From positions 256,295-320,294 of the forward strand of contig CAWAOU010000024.1 of NCBI GenBank assembly GCA_963783675.1: DNA of 64,000 nucleotides, read 5' to 3'. The position numbers and the translations under genes are program-made. The notes beneath the pieces were generated by a model, which had not been told where the DNA came from, did no database searches, and was given only the letters and a program-made list of their open reading frames with translations. Below are positions 9,967-18,634 of the stretch, piece after piece; the stretch's first letter is position 1; the number at the start of each line of letters is the position of its first letter. The stretch comes from an uncultured Gammaproteobacteria bacterium. Lineage in GTDB: Bacteria; Pseudomonadota; Gammaproteobacteria; Competibacterales; JAHEDQ01.

Positions 9967-10530
9967 GTGAGCCTGCCGGTAACCCAGTTGCGCCGCATCC
10001 GCCATATCCTGTTGGCTGGGGGGGTGGTGGCATACCCGACCGAGGGCGTCTATGGCCTTGGCTGTAATCCCGCTGATGGAAGGGCGGTCGCTCGTGTACT
10101 CAGATTGAAGCAGCGGTCGCTGAGCAAAGGCCTGATTTTGGTCGCATCGCGGTTTCAGCAGCTCGATCACTATCTGGCGCCCGTGACGTCGGACATTGCC
10201 CAGCGCGCGTTTGCGGTTTGGCCGGGACCCGTGACCTGGCTCTGGCCCGCACGCCCATGGGTGCCGATCTGGCTGCGCGGGCACCATACGAGCCTGGCCG
10301 TTCGGGTCACTGATCATCCGGTGGTGGCGGCTTTGTGTGATGCACTGGGCGGCCCGCTGGTGTCTACCAGCGCAAACAGAAGCGGTCGCCCGCCCGTCCG
10401 ATCGAGACATGTACTCAGACGTCGCTTCGGACGTCAGGTGGACGCCATCGTGCCCGGCGCATGCGGCGACCTGGGGCGTCCGTCGGAGATTCGCGAGCTG
10501 CTCAGCGACACCGTGGTTCGACCGAGGTAG
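9967..10530 (+). CDS. tsaC: L-threonylcarbamoyladenylate synthase TsaC (YrdC/Sua5 domain)
   Basis: YPTEGVYGLGC and STSANRSG motifs. 187 aa. GTG start as given by the track. Confidence 0.85.
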   Translation: MSLPVTQLRRIRHILLAGGVVAYPTEGVYGLGCNPADGRAVARVLRLKQRSLSKGLILVASRFQQLDHYLAPVTSDIAQRAFAVWPGPVTWLWPARPWVPIWLRGHHTSLAVRVTDHPVVAALCDALGGPLVSTSANRSGRPPVRSRHVLRRRFGRQVDAIVPGACGDLGRPSEIRELLSDTVVRPR

Positions 10531-11460
<930 letters not shown>

Positions 11461-11481
11461 GATTGCTGAATGCCTCAGCAA

Positions 11482-11496
11482 GCGCCCTTTGGGCGC
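11482..11496 (+). terminator. Weak hairpin after hemF
   Basis: GCGCCC-ttt-GGGCGC lies 22 nt after the hemF stop and is followed by ctatgatctgttct, which is only moderately T-rich. Confidence 0.3.
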
Positions 11497-11517
11497 CTAT
11501 GATCTGTTCTGGACTGC

Positions 11518-11683
11518 CTAGCGTAGTGTCTCCTAAATAACTTAACACCTGCGCTGGCCCTCGCGGTCCCTGACGGCGTTGCGGATCGTCGCAATAGCGC
11601 TGGCTATTCCTCCTCACCGCGCCTTGTCAGGAACCACGATGCCTAAGCTCAACCATCAAGGTATTTGGAAGACACTACACTAG
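11518..11683. mobile_element. MITE-like element with 22-bp terminal inverted repeats
   Basis: Left end ctagcgtagtgtctcctaaata (11518-11539). Right end tatttggaagacactacactag (11662-11683). 19 of 22 positions are complementary. The 166-bp element has no ORF. Confidence 0.65.
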
Positions 11684-11997
11684 ATTCACGGGGCAGATTG
11701 CGTGTCGCAGGCATTCCGTCCCAGTATCTGCAACGTTGCGGCTGTGCATTTCAGTCCCAAGATGCACATTTACGAATCAATCAGAGGCTCACTAGAATAG
11801 GGAAGAGACCCCTTTGGGATTCGGGGTATCGGTCCGCAGGCTTGGAGGCGCGTGCCTAAATGAGTCCATCCCGCGCCAAATTGTCATCAAACGTCTCAGG
11901 CCCTGCCCGCGGCAAATGGCCCGACCCCGGCTTACGCTGGCTGATCCTGACCTGTTGTGTTCGACCGGGTTGAGTGGTGGCCACACGCCGGGTGCTC

Positions 11998-13461
11998 ATG
12001 GCCACGCGATTTGCCGTCCCCATGGCCTGTGTTCTGGCGGGCTGTGCAACCTCGCCCCAAGCCCCGAAGAAGATTCAGAAAACCCCAGGCACGGTTGATT
12101 GCGTCACCCTGATCGAATCCGTCGACAAAAGCGTTGCCGGTGTAGGACGACGCTGGCCCAGCGCCCATCCCATACCCGGGTACCCGGGTTTGCGCAGCGA
12201 TCGGTTTCTGGCTGCGATCGGCGAGTCCGCGGTCGAACCCGCCACCGCAGGCGTGTGGCTCGATGCACTGCGGGATTTGGATCGCCATGCCCGACAGCTG
12301 GAACTGCCGCGTCTGCCGGCTTCGGATCGAGCGCGCTTGAAACCGCCGGGTGCTTCGCTGGCATCAGCTGTCGAGTCCTGTGCCGAGCGACTCAAGGCAG
12401 CGCTTGCGACCGATCAAGACAGTCTTTCCCATCTGGTCGAGGCCGCCCGGGTGCCGGACGACTACTCTACCGTCGCGCGCACGCTCGGATTGTATCCGCT
12501 CACCATGATCCCGGTCGCCGAAGGTGTGCGCCGTTTGCACAATCGGACCCGCGATCGATTTGCACATCCCAGCGGGGATCCCGGCGTCGGAGCGCGTTGG
12601 GTGCGATACGGCCTTTCGGAGCCACCGCCCGATGCACAGCTCGCTGTCTCCAATCGGTTTGATGTTCTGGGTCGCCCCAGCTTGAGCAAGGCGCATCTGC
12701 AAGCCTTGTTCACACAGCATGCGCCGATCTGGGAGATTGCCGACGGTGGCGACTACGATCGGCCGGGTGAGCCCTTCTGGCAGGGCCCGGCCGTGCCCGG
12801 GCTGCGCACCGGCGATGTCGTTATCTATACCTATCCGTCCTGGGCCCTCTGGCACCAGCAGGTTTTGTTGCAACTCAACTATGTTATCTGGTTCAGCGAG
12901 CGACCTTCGGCCGGGCCGCTGGATATACTGGCCGGTCCGCTGGATGGTCTGCTATGGCGGGTTACGCTGTTGCCGGATGGCCGGCCTCTGGTCTATGACA
13001 GCATCCATCCCTGCGGTTGCTATCACATGTTGTTTCCCAAACCGGGGCTCCAGTTGACCGCGTCCGCATTGGAACAGCCGGAACCGCCGCTGATCGCCGC
13101 GCCCGCGCCCTCCTGGCAGCCCAGTACCCGCGTTGTACTCAAGATCGCAACGCGCACCCACTATCTGAGCGGGGTCCATCGGGATTCGGCCGGGTGGGAT
13201 CAAAGCTATCGACTGCAGGCCTACGACGTGCTCGACCAGACGCCCGATGGGGATGGTCTTCCGGTGGGACTGTTTGCCCCCGATGGATTGGTGCCCGGGA
13301 CCGTCCGGCCCGAACGCTTTGTACTCTGGCCCATGGGCATCGCCTCGGCGGGTGCGATGCGTGCCCGGGGGCGGCAGCCGGTGGCGTTTATCGGGCGGCG
13401 CCACTTTGATGACCCGTTCCTGTTCCAGAACATGTTTCGGCTGCCGAGCGCCGACCCATAG
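11998..13461 (+). CDS. Hypothetical lipoprotein
   Basis: Track ORF 11974..13461 trimmed to the ATG at 11998. Lipobox MATRFAVPMACVLAGCATS. Third-position GC is high throughout. I recognise no family. Confidence 0.6.
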   Translation: MATRFAVPMACVLAGCATSPQAPKKIQKTPGTVDCVTLIESVDKSVAGVGRRWPSAHPIPGYPGLRSDRFLAAIGESAVEPATAGVWLDALRDLDRHARQLELPRLPASDRARLKPPGASLASAVESCAERLKAALATDQDSLSHLVEAARVPDDYSTVARTLGLYPLTMIPVAEGVRRLHNRTRDRFAHPSGDPGVGARWVRYGLSEPPPDAQLAVSNRFDVLGRPSLSKAHLQALFTQHAPIWEIADGGDYDRPGEPFWQGPAVPGLRTGDVVIYTYPSWALWHQQVLLQLNYVIWFSERPSAGPLDILAGPLDGLLWRVTLLPDGRPLVYDSIHPCGCYHMLFPKPGLQLTASALEQPEPPLIAAPAPSWQPSTRVVLKIATRTHYLSGVHRDSAGWDQSYRLQAYDVLDQTPDGDGLPVGLFAPDGLVPGTVRPERFVLWPMGIASAGAMRARGRQPVAFIGRRHFDDPFLFQNMFRLPSADP

Positions 13462-13493
13462 CAGTCAGCCCTCGACGTAGCTGCAGTGCTTGC

Positions 13494-14918
13494 TCATGAT
13501 CCGGAAGGGTTGGTGAATCGGTTGTTGAGTTGTTGAACATAATCATCGCAAGCCGCCAGCACGTCGCTCACGATACGCTGGCTTCCGCGCCCCCAGCCAA
13601 CAGGTGATTTTTGAAACAGGCTGCGTGTCCAGCGGGTATTGCGTTTGAATGCCCGGACCATGTCGCCTGGCGTGTCCGGCCCTATTTCCGCGTGCAGCCC
13701 TTTCAAAACCCGGTTTGCCGCCACCCTGCGAAAGCGGTAGTGAATGTAGACTGCGGTCAGCAGCAAAGCGGCAGCGCCGACCACGGTCAGCAGCCCGCCA
13801 CCGCCCACGGCGGTCACCGCACCGGTGATGCTTTCGGGATTGGCCAGTGCAGCCCCACCCAGGGCCGCCACCACCAGTCCTGCCACGATCCCATCGTAGG
13901 TCCAGACCCGTTTACGCCATTTGTCCGTCAGCACCCGAATGTTTGGTACAGACCGGTTCTCCAGGCCCTTGGCGGTCTCTTCCAAGGCCCCGATGATTCG
14001 ATAGGCGCGTTCCACTTCCACCTGATGCATCCGACCGTGAATCTCCGCAAGATCCTCATCACGCTTGGTCTGAAAGCGCCTTCTTAGCGCCTCGTCTTCG
14101 ATCGGCGCGGCAGCGTCCTCGTTGTAGATTCGATAGAAACGCCCGGCGGTCAGGCCAGATGACGCCAGCGCACGTTGCCACGCGGCGACAACCTCCTCCG
14201 GATTGTCCTCACGCGCGGTGGTGTCGATTTGATTCAGGATGTATATGAACTTGCCTGAATCCGAGCGCTGGATGCTGTCCGACACCAGATGTTGCAGCGT
14301 ATCTCGCATGGCGCCTGGCTCCGGATGGCGTGCGTCAAAAAACACCAGCACCAGATCCGACAAACCGATGATGTGATCGGTAATGCGCAGTGTCGCATCG
14401 CGTTGCGCATCGGCATCGAAGCCGGGAGAATCGATCAGGATCTTTCCCTTCAGCGCTTGGCTCGGGCTCGTCTTGAGCTGCAGATAGGCATCGATTCGAT
14501 TGCCCTCGCCCTCGGACACTTCTTCGATATCTCGACTGATCCGGTAGAACGGAAATCGGGGATCGGCGTCCAGCGCCACGCCCGGGAGCACACGGCTTTC
14601 GGATTCATTGCTGAAACAGACCACGGTAAAGCGGTCGTCCACCGCCTGGTTGCCGGTCAGTTGCAGTTTCGTGCCCAGGAACGTATTGATAAAACTGGAT
14701 TTTCCCGCTGAAAACGTACCGAGAATCGCAATTACCGGCCACCAGGGCACACGGGTTGCGAACGATTCCGCAGGGTCCAGCAGCCCCAGTCGTCGCCCCA
14801 CTTTGTCCAGTTGACGAAAGCTTTTCACCACCTGCAACAGGATCGGATTCTCCTGCTCCAAGTGCGTTTCAAGTGTACGCAGGCGCTTCTCTATCTGGGA
14901 TTCCCGCTGATCTGACAT
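13494..14918 (-). CDS. Membrane-anchored dynamin-like/EHD-like GTPase
   Basis: P-loop GTFSAGKSSFINTFLG, G3 motif DSPGFD and G4-like motif LNQID. C-terminal hydrophobic hairpin GIVAGLVVAALGGAALA...GGGLLTVVGAAALLLTAVYIHY. Start moved to the ATG at 14918 (MSDQRESQIEKRL). Confidence 0.75.
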   Translation of the reverse strand: MSDQRESQIEKRLRTLETHLEQENPILLQVVKSFRQLDKVGRRLGLLDPAESFATRVPWWPVIAILGTFSAGKSSFINTFLGTKLQLTGNQAVDDRFTVVCFSNESESRVLPGVALDADPRFPFYRISRDIEEVSEGEGNRIDAYLQLKTSPSQALKGKILIDSPGFDADAQRDATLRITDHIIGLSDLVLVFFDARHPEPGAMRDTLQHLVSDSIQRSDSGKFIYILNQIDTTAREDNPEEVVAAWQRALASSGLTAGRFYRIYNEDAAAPIEDEALRRRFQTKRDEDLAEIHGRMHQVEVERAYRIIGALEETAKGLENRSVPNIRVLTDKWRKRVWTYDGIVAGLVVAALGGAALANPESITGAVTAVGGGGLLTVVGAAALLLTAVYIHYRFRRVAANRVLKGLHAEIGPDTPGDMVRAFKRNTRWTRSLFQKSPVGWGRGSQRIVSDVLAACDDYVQQLNNRFTNPSGS

Positions 14919-15113
14919 GCATCTCCACCTGGGTCGAAAACGGCGTCCCATGTTAACGGCAATCGCGAACCGGCGGGAGACCGGTCCGCGTCGGACCCGT
15001 CGCCGATGCGGCGTTCTGATTCGGTTTCAGGCATTATGTATCAATATTTCAATCGCCTGCATGCGTTCTGGACCCGTCGATGGGCTGCTGCGCAGTCAGG
15101 CAGGAAAGTGATC

Positions 15114-15971
15114 ATGAGCGGCTCACGAAAAGCGCTGGGTTTTGGCTTGGTTGTGGTGCTGGCAGCGGTCGGGGCTTTCGCCTGGCGCGACAGCGGGCTG
15201 TCATTACAGGAGACGCTGGACAGCGGCCTGAACAGGTTGGCGGAGGTGACGGGGATCCCGTTGGTCAGGGATTCCAGTTCCGGCAAGGCCCTTGAGGATT
15301 TGACGGAAGTAGATGCCACATTGCGCACGAGCGCAATCCACGGACCTCAGGAGCCTTCAGCATCGTCCGGGCAAACCGCAGCTGCAATCGAATCTGGCTC
15401 ACCGAGCATGGACGTCGCCGCGTTGGAAGCCCGGACCCTGAACCGACCCGCCGAGGCTGACCAGGACAGCGCGGGCCTGGGTGTTCCCGCCAGCCCGGTA
15501 GATTCATCGGTTTTAGCGGACGATGGCCAGGACGTTGCCCGTGTGTTTCAGGGTGCCCGGCGTCTGGCCGCGGGTTTTAGCACCGAACGCGATTTAATCC
15601 GGGTCCATTTCCCGCTGGATCAGGACATCCTGACGCCAGAAGCCCAGGAGCGCCTGCGTGCCCTTGTCACGCGGCTGAATGAGGCTGAAGCGGTGCATCG
15701 AATTCGCATTGACGGTCACTGTGATGACACCGGCAGCGACCTGTACAACCAGTCGTTGTCCGAGCGGCGCGCCGCAACCGTCAAAAACTATTTGTACGGA
15801 CACGGAATCGCGGCGCGAGAGATCAGCCTACGCGGACATGGTGAACGGGTGCCGCTGATGATCACCGGTGATGAAGATGCTCGTGCCATCAATCGCCGCG
15901 CCGAGATTCTCGTCGAATGGGTGCGGAGCGATAGTCAGTCGCCCGCCCGGGTCGCCGAAACCGAGGATTGA
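15114..15971 (+). CDS. OmpA-domain protein with N-terminal membrane anchor
   Basis: ATG at 15114 is preceded by aggaaag. TM anchor LGFGLVVVLAAVGAFAW. Ser/Ala/Pro-rich linker. OmpA_C motif IDGHCDDTGSDLYNQSLSERRAATVKNYL...NRRAEILV. Confidence 0.8.
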   Translation: MSGSRKALGFGLVVVLAAVGAFAWRDSGLSLQETLDSGLNRLAEVTGIPLVRDSSSGKALEDLTEVDATLRTSAIHGPQEPSASSGQTAAAIESGSPSMDVAALEARTLNRPAEADQDSAGLGVPASPVDSSVLADDGQDVARVFQGARRLAAGFSTERDLIRVHFPLDQDILTPEAQERLRALVTRLNEAEAVHRIRIDGHCDDTGSDLYNQSLSERRAATVKNYLYGHGIAAREISLRGHGERVPLMITGDEDARAINRRAEILVEWVRSDSQSPARVAETED

Positions 15972-16000
15972 TCGTCGCTGAGAGCACCCTTCATCCGGGC

Positions 16001-17170
16001 TCATCGACTGGTTATTTTCAGCTCGATTCGGCGGTTGCGCCGCATCGACAGCGGATCGGTGCCGGTTTCTATCGGTTGGTATTCTCCCATGCCAACGGCC
16101 GCCAATCGTTCTGGGGGAATCCCTTGATCGATCAGATAGTTCACCACCCCCAGCGCGCGATAGAACGAAAGCTCCCAGTTCGAGCCAAAGCGCACGGTGT
16201 TGATCGGGATGGCGTCGGTGTGTCCCTGGACCTCTATGATCACCGGCAGATCAGGCGGCAACTGGGCCTGAATCTGGCGATAAACCTGGGCAAACTTGTC
16301 CAGGTCCTCGCGTCCGCCAAGCGTGAGATCGGCTTCGGCGGATGGAAACAGGACTTCGGATTGGAACACGAACCGATCGCCCACCACTTTGATGTCGGGG
16401 TTGTTGGCGAATACCTCCCGCAGCCGCCCGAAAAAATCGCTTGAGTACTGCTCCAGTTCCTCGACCCGATCGAGCAGACGCCGCTTGATCAGGGCGTCCA
16501 TTTCGTCTATTCGCGTCTGCTGGGTTTCAATCAGGGTGGCCTGCGCCAGCAGCTGGGCTTCACGCTCACCCAGCGCACGCTGGGTGAGCGATTCTTCTGT
16601 TCGCTGTTCCGACACCGTCTGACGGGCGCTGTATAGCGCGTTGTTCAGGCGGCTGAGTTTGAATTCGAGGTCCTTGAGACGCGCCGTCATCAGGGCGATC
16701 TCACTCGCGCTGACCTCAACTTGCTGCTCGGCCTGAGCCTGGGCCAGAGTCGACGCCTCCAGCAGCTGAAGCCGAGCCGCCAGCTCCGCCAGCAGTCGCT
16801 CGCGCTCATCCACCACCTCATCCAGGCTGCGCGACAGCAATCCCTCCCGTTCGCGTGCCTGCTGAAGCTCCCTGGATACCTCAGCCACCGTATTCTCGCT
16901 GGCAGCCAGTCGAGCCCGGACTTGGTCGATGAGTGTCTTGAGCGCGTCGTTCTCGGCATCTGACTCGCCAACCAGCTGCTCGAGGCCGTCGATGATCTGC
17001 GCGAGCTGATCGATGGCCGTGTTCTTGCCCGAAAGCTCGCGGCCAATCAATACTTCGCCGATGACGAACACCGTGATGAGGAAAATCAGCACCACGACAA
17101 GGCCACCGAGCACGTCCGTGAACGCGGGCCAGATGTTGAAACTGCCAGGCCCCTCAGCCCTGCGACGCAT
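16001..17170 (-). CDS. MotB/OmpA-family protein with ~210-aa coiled-coil spacer (stator B-type subunit)
   Basis: N-terminus FNIWPAFTDVLGGLVVVLIFLITVFVI has an Asp preceding a single TM, as in MotB/ExbD/TolR. A long E/Q/L/R/A-rich heptad-like region follows. C-terminus GHTDAIPI...NWELSFYRALGVVNYL...NRRIELKI is an OmpA/MotB peptidoglycan-binding domain. Confidence 0.8.
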   Translation of the reverse strand: MRRRAEGPGSFNIWPAFTDVLGGLVVVLIFLITVFVIGEVLIGRELSGKNTAIDQLAQIIDGLEQLVGESDAENDALKTLIDQVRARLAASENTVAEVSRELQQAREREGLLSRSLDEVVDERERLLAELAARLQLLEASTLAQAQAEQQVEVSASEIALMTARLKDLEFKLSRLNNALYSARQTVSEQRTEESLTQRALGEREAQLLAQATLIETQQTRIDEMDALIKRRLLDRVEELEQYSSDFFGRLREVFANNPDIKVVGDRFVFQSEVLFPSAEADLTLGGREDLDKFAQVYRQIQAQLPPDLPVIIEVQGHTDAIPINTVRFGSNWELSFYRALGVVNYLIDQGIPPERLAAVGMGEYQPIETGTDPLSMRRNRRIELKITSR

Positions 17171-17173
17171 GTC

Positions 17174-18223
17174 TTACTCTTCCTTGTTGAGCAGGCGGGC
17201 CAGCAGATGCAGATCGTGGCGCAACGCGCTGGTGCGATCCTGCTCCAGGGTCATCAAGGTGTCTCTCAAAGACTCGATCCGATCGTTCAGACCGCCGATC
17301 TGCTCGTTGAGACGGTTTACGCCGAGTCCATCGCGGGTCAGGGACTCCAGGATGCCCGCCACGCTGTCCAGCCGGTCGCCGGCGTTGCTCAGCAACGCGC
17401 TCAGGTAGGCCGGGGCAACGGCGACTCCCGTGCCGCCAGTGGCTGCCTGCGGTTTGTGCCAAAGCGGAATGAGGTCGCTGACCACCAGGCTTTCCAAACG
17501 GGCATGCAGGTTGTTCTGGGCGTGAAACAGTTGAAGCTCCAGAAACGCCAGGACCAGTGAGGACAGCAGACCGAACAACGATGAGGAGAACGCCACGCTC
17601 ATACCATCCAGGGGCGTCGCAAGCCGCTCCTTGAGGCCCACCAGCAGCTCCATGGTATCGGCATCCGAACTGGCGCTGAGGTTGCCCAGCACATCACGAA
17701 CGCCGCCGATGGTGACCAGCAGCCCGTAAAAAGTGCCAATCAGTCCCAGCAGGACCAGGGCTCCGGTCAGGTACCGCACCAGAGCGCGTCGATCCTCGGC
17801 ATGGGCCGCTACCGAGTCCAGCATGTACGGCAGGGTGGCGCTTGTCTCTCCCTGGCTCAGCACCCGGTGAACCGTGCGCAGAAAGTCACCGACGCCGCTG
17901 TGGGACGGGCCAAGCAGGATCTCGTTGACATGCTCCAGCGGTTTGTTGCCGGCCTGCACCTCCGCCACCAGGGCGGTGGCATGCGCGGCGGCCCTGGAGA
18001 CTCGGAACACGTTGTACAGCGCCACAAAGGTGTACGCTACGCCAAACGCAAGCGTCGCCAGTATGGTGCCGTTCAGAATCGGGTTGGATTGAACCCCGTT
18101 GACCAATTCCGTTCGCGAAAGGAAAGCCAGCACGGCCAGCACGGTTAGAAAAATAAGCGAGCGGGTCAGGTAGCGGATGTCGCCTCCGCCGCTGGCCTGT
18201 GCTCCTTGTCTCGCGCCCAGCAT
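17174..18223 (-). CDS. MotA/TolQ/ExbB-family proton-channel protein with C-terminal coiled-coil tail (stator A-type subunit)
   Basis: Four hydrophobic helices. LLGLIGTFYGLLVTIGG and MSVAFSSSLFGLLSSLVLAFLE resemble the TM3/TM4 motifs of this family. About 110-aa helical tail (...NEQIGGLNDRIESLRDTLMTLEQDRTSALRHDL...). Good SD (ggagga) before the ATG at 18223. The stop is 3 nt from the next gene's start. Confidence 0.75.
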   Translation of the reverse strand: MLGARQGAQASGGGDIRYLTRSLIFLTVLAVLAFLSRTELVNGVQSNPILNGTILATLAFGVAYTFVALYNVFRVSRAAAHATALVAEVQAGNKPLEHVNEILLGPSHSGVGDFLRTVHRVLSQGETSATLPYMLDSVAAHAEDRRALVRYLTGALVLLGLIGTFYGLLVTIGGVRDVLGNLSASSDADTMELLVGLKERLATPLDGMSVAFSSSLFGLLSSLVLAFLELQLFHAQNNLHARLESLVVSDLIPLWHKPQAATGGTGVAVAPAYLSALLSNAGDRLDSVAGILESLTRDGLGVNRLNEQIGGLNDRIESLRDTLMTLEQDRTSALRHDLHLLARLLNKEE

Positions 18224-18634
18224 GGTTCAATCCTCCGTTCCTTTGAGCATCCCAGCAATGCGAATCGCGCACCTTGCCACGCGGCGGCGGTGAGTGTGAG
18301 CGGGTTCCGGGCTGATTATAGCCAGAGTGGTGCACACGACTCACCCGCACTTGTCACAGGCGTGGCCGCCCATAGCGGGGGAAATGGGCCCCAAGCCGAA
18401 ATTTCGTGCGCTCCAGAGGCGTTACGGCTAGCCTAAGCTGTGGTGAGGTGAAAGCCGAGTGGTATTTCCACGCCGCCCGAGGGGCCTCGCGGTGGCATGT
18501 CGAAGCCGGATCGTCGACTGCGCTGGCGGTTTGGCCGGGGGGCGGAGCATACGGTTGTGGACTGTGGCCGTGGGGGTATCATTGGCTCAGGTTCTCCCTG
18601 ACCAGATTTTTCCAGTGGATTGAGCGGACAGCAT

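Noticed and set aside
16001-18223. Calling the stator pair a Zorya (ZorAB) defence system.
   Set aside because: - No ZorC/ZorD/ZorE-like genes (helicase, nuclease or HNH) are adjacent.
- As I recall, ZorA is roughly twice as long, with a far longer tail.
- As I recall, ZorB lacks a 200-aa coiled coil.
Similarity is at the level of the MotAB superfamily only, so I report it as an unclassified stator-like pair.
18224-18634. 410-bp GC-rich divergent intergenic region, inspected for a riboswitch or ncRNA. It includes a perfect TATAAT on the minus strand at 18320-18315.
   Set aside because: No known riboswitch core was recognised. The lone -10 hexamer has no acceptable -35 at 16-18 nt spacing. 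This is not enough for a feature call.
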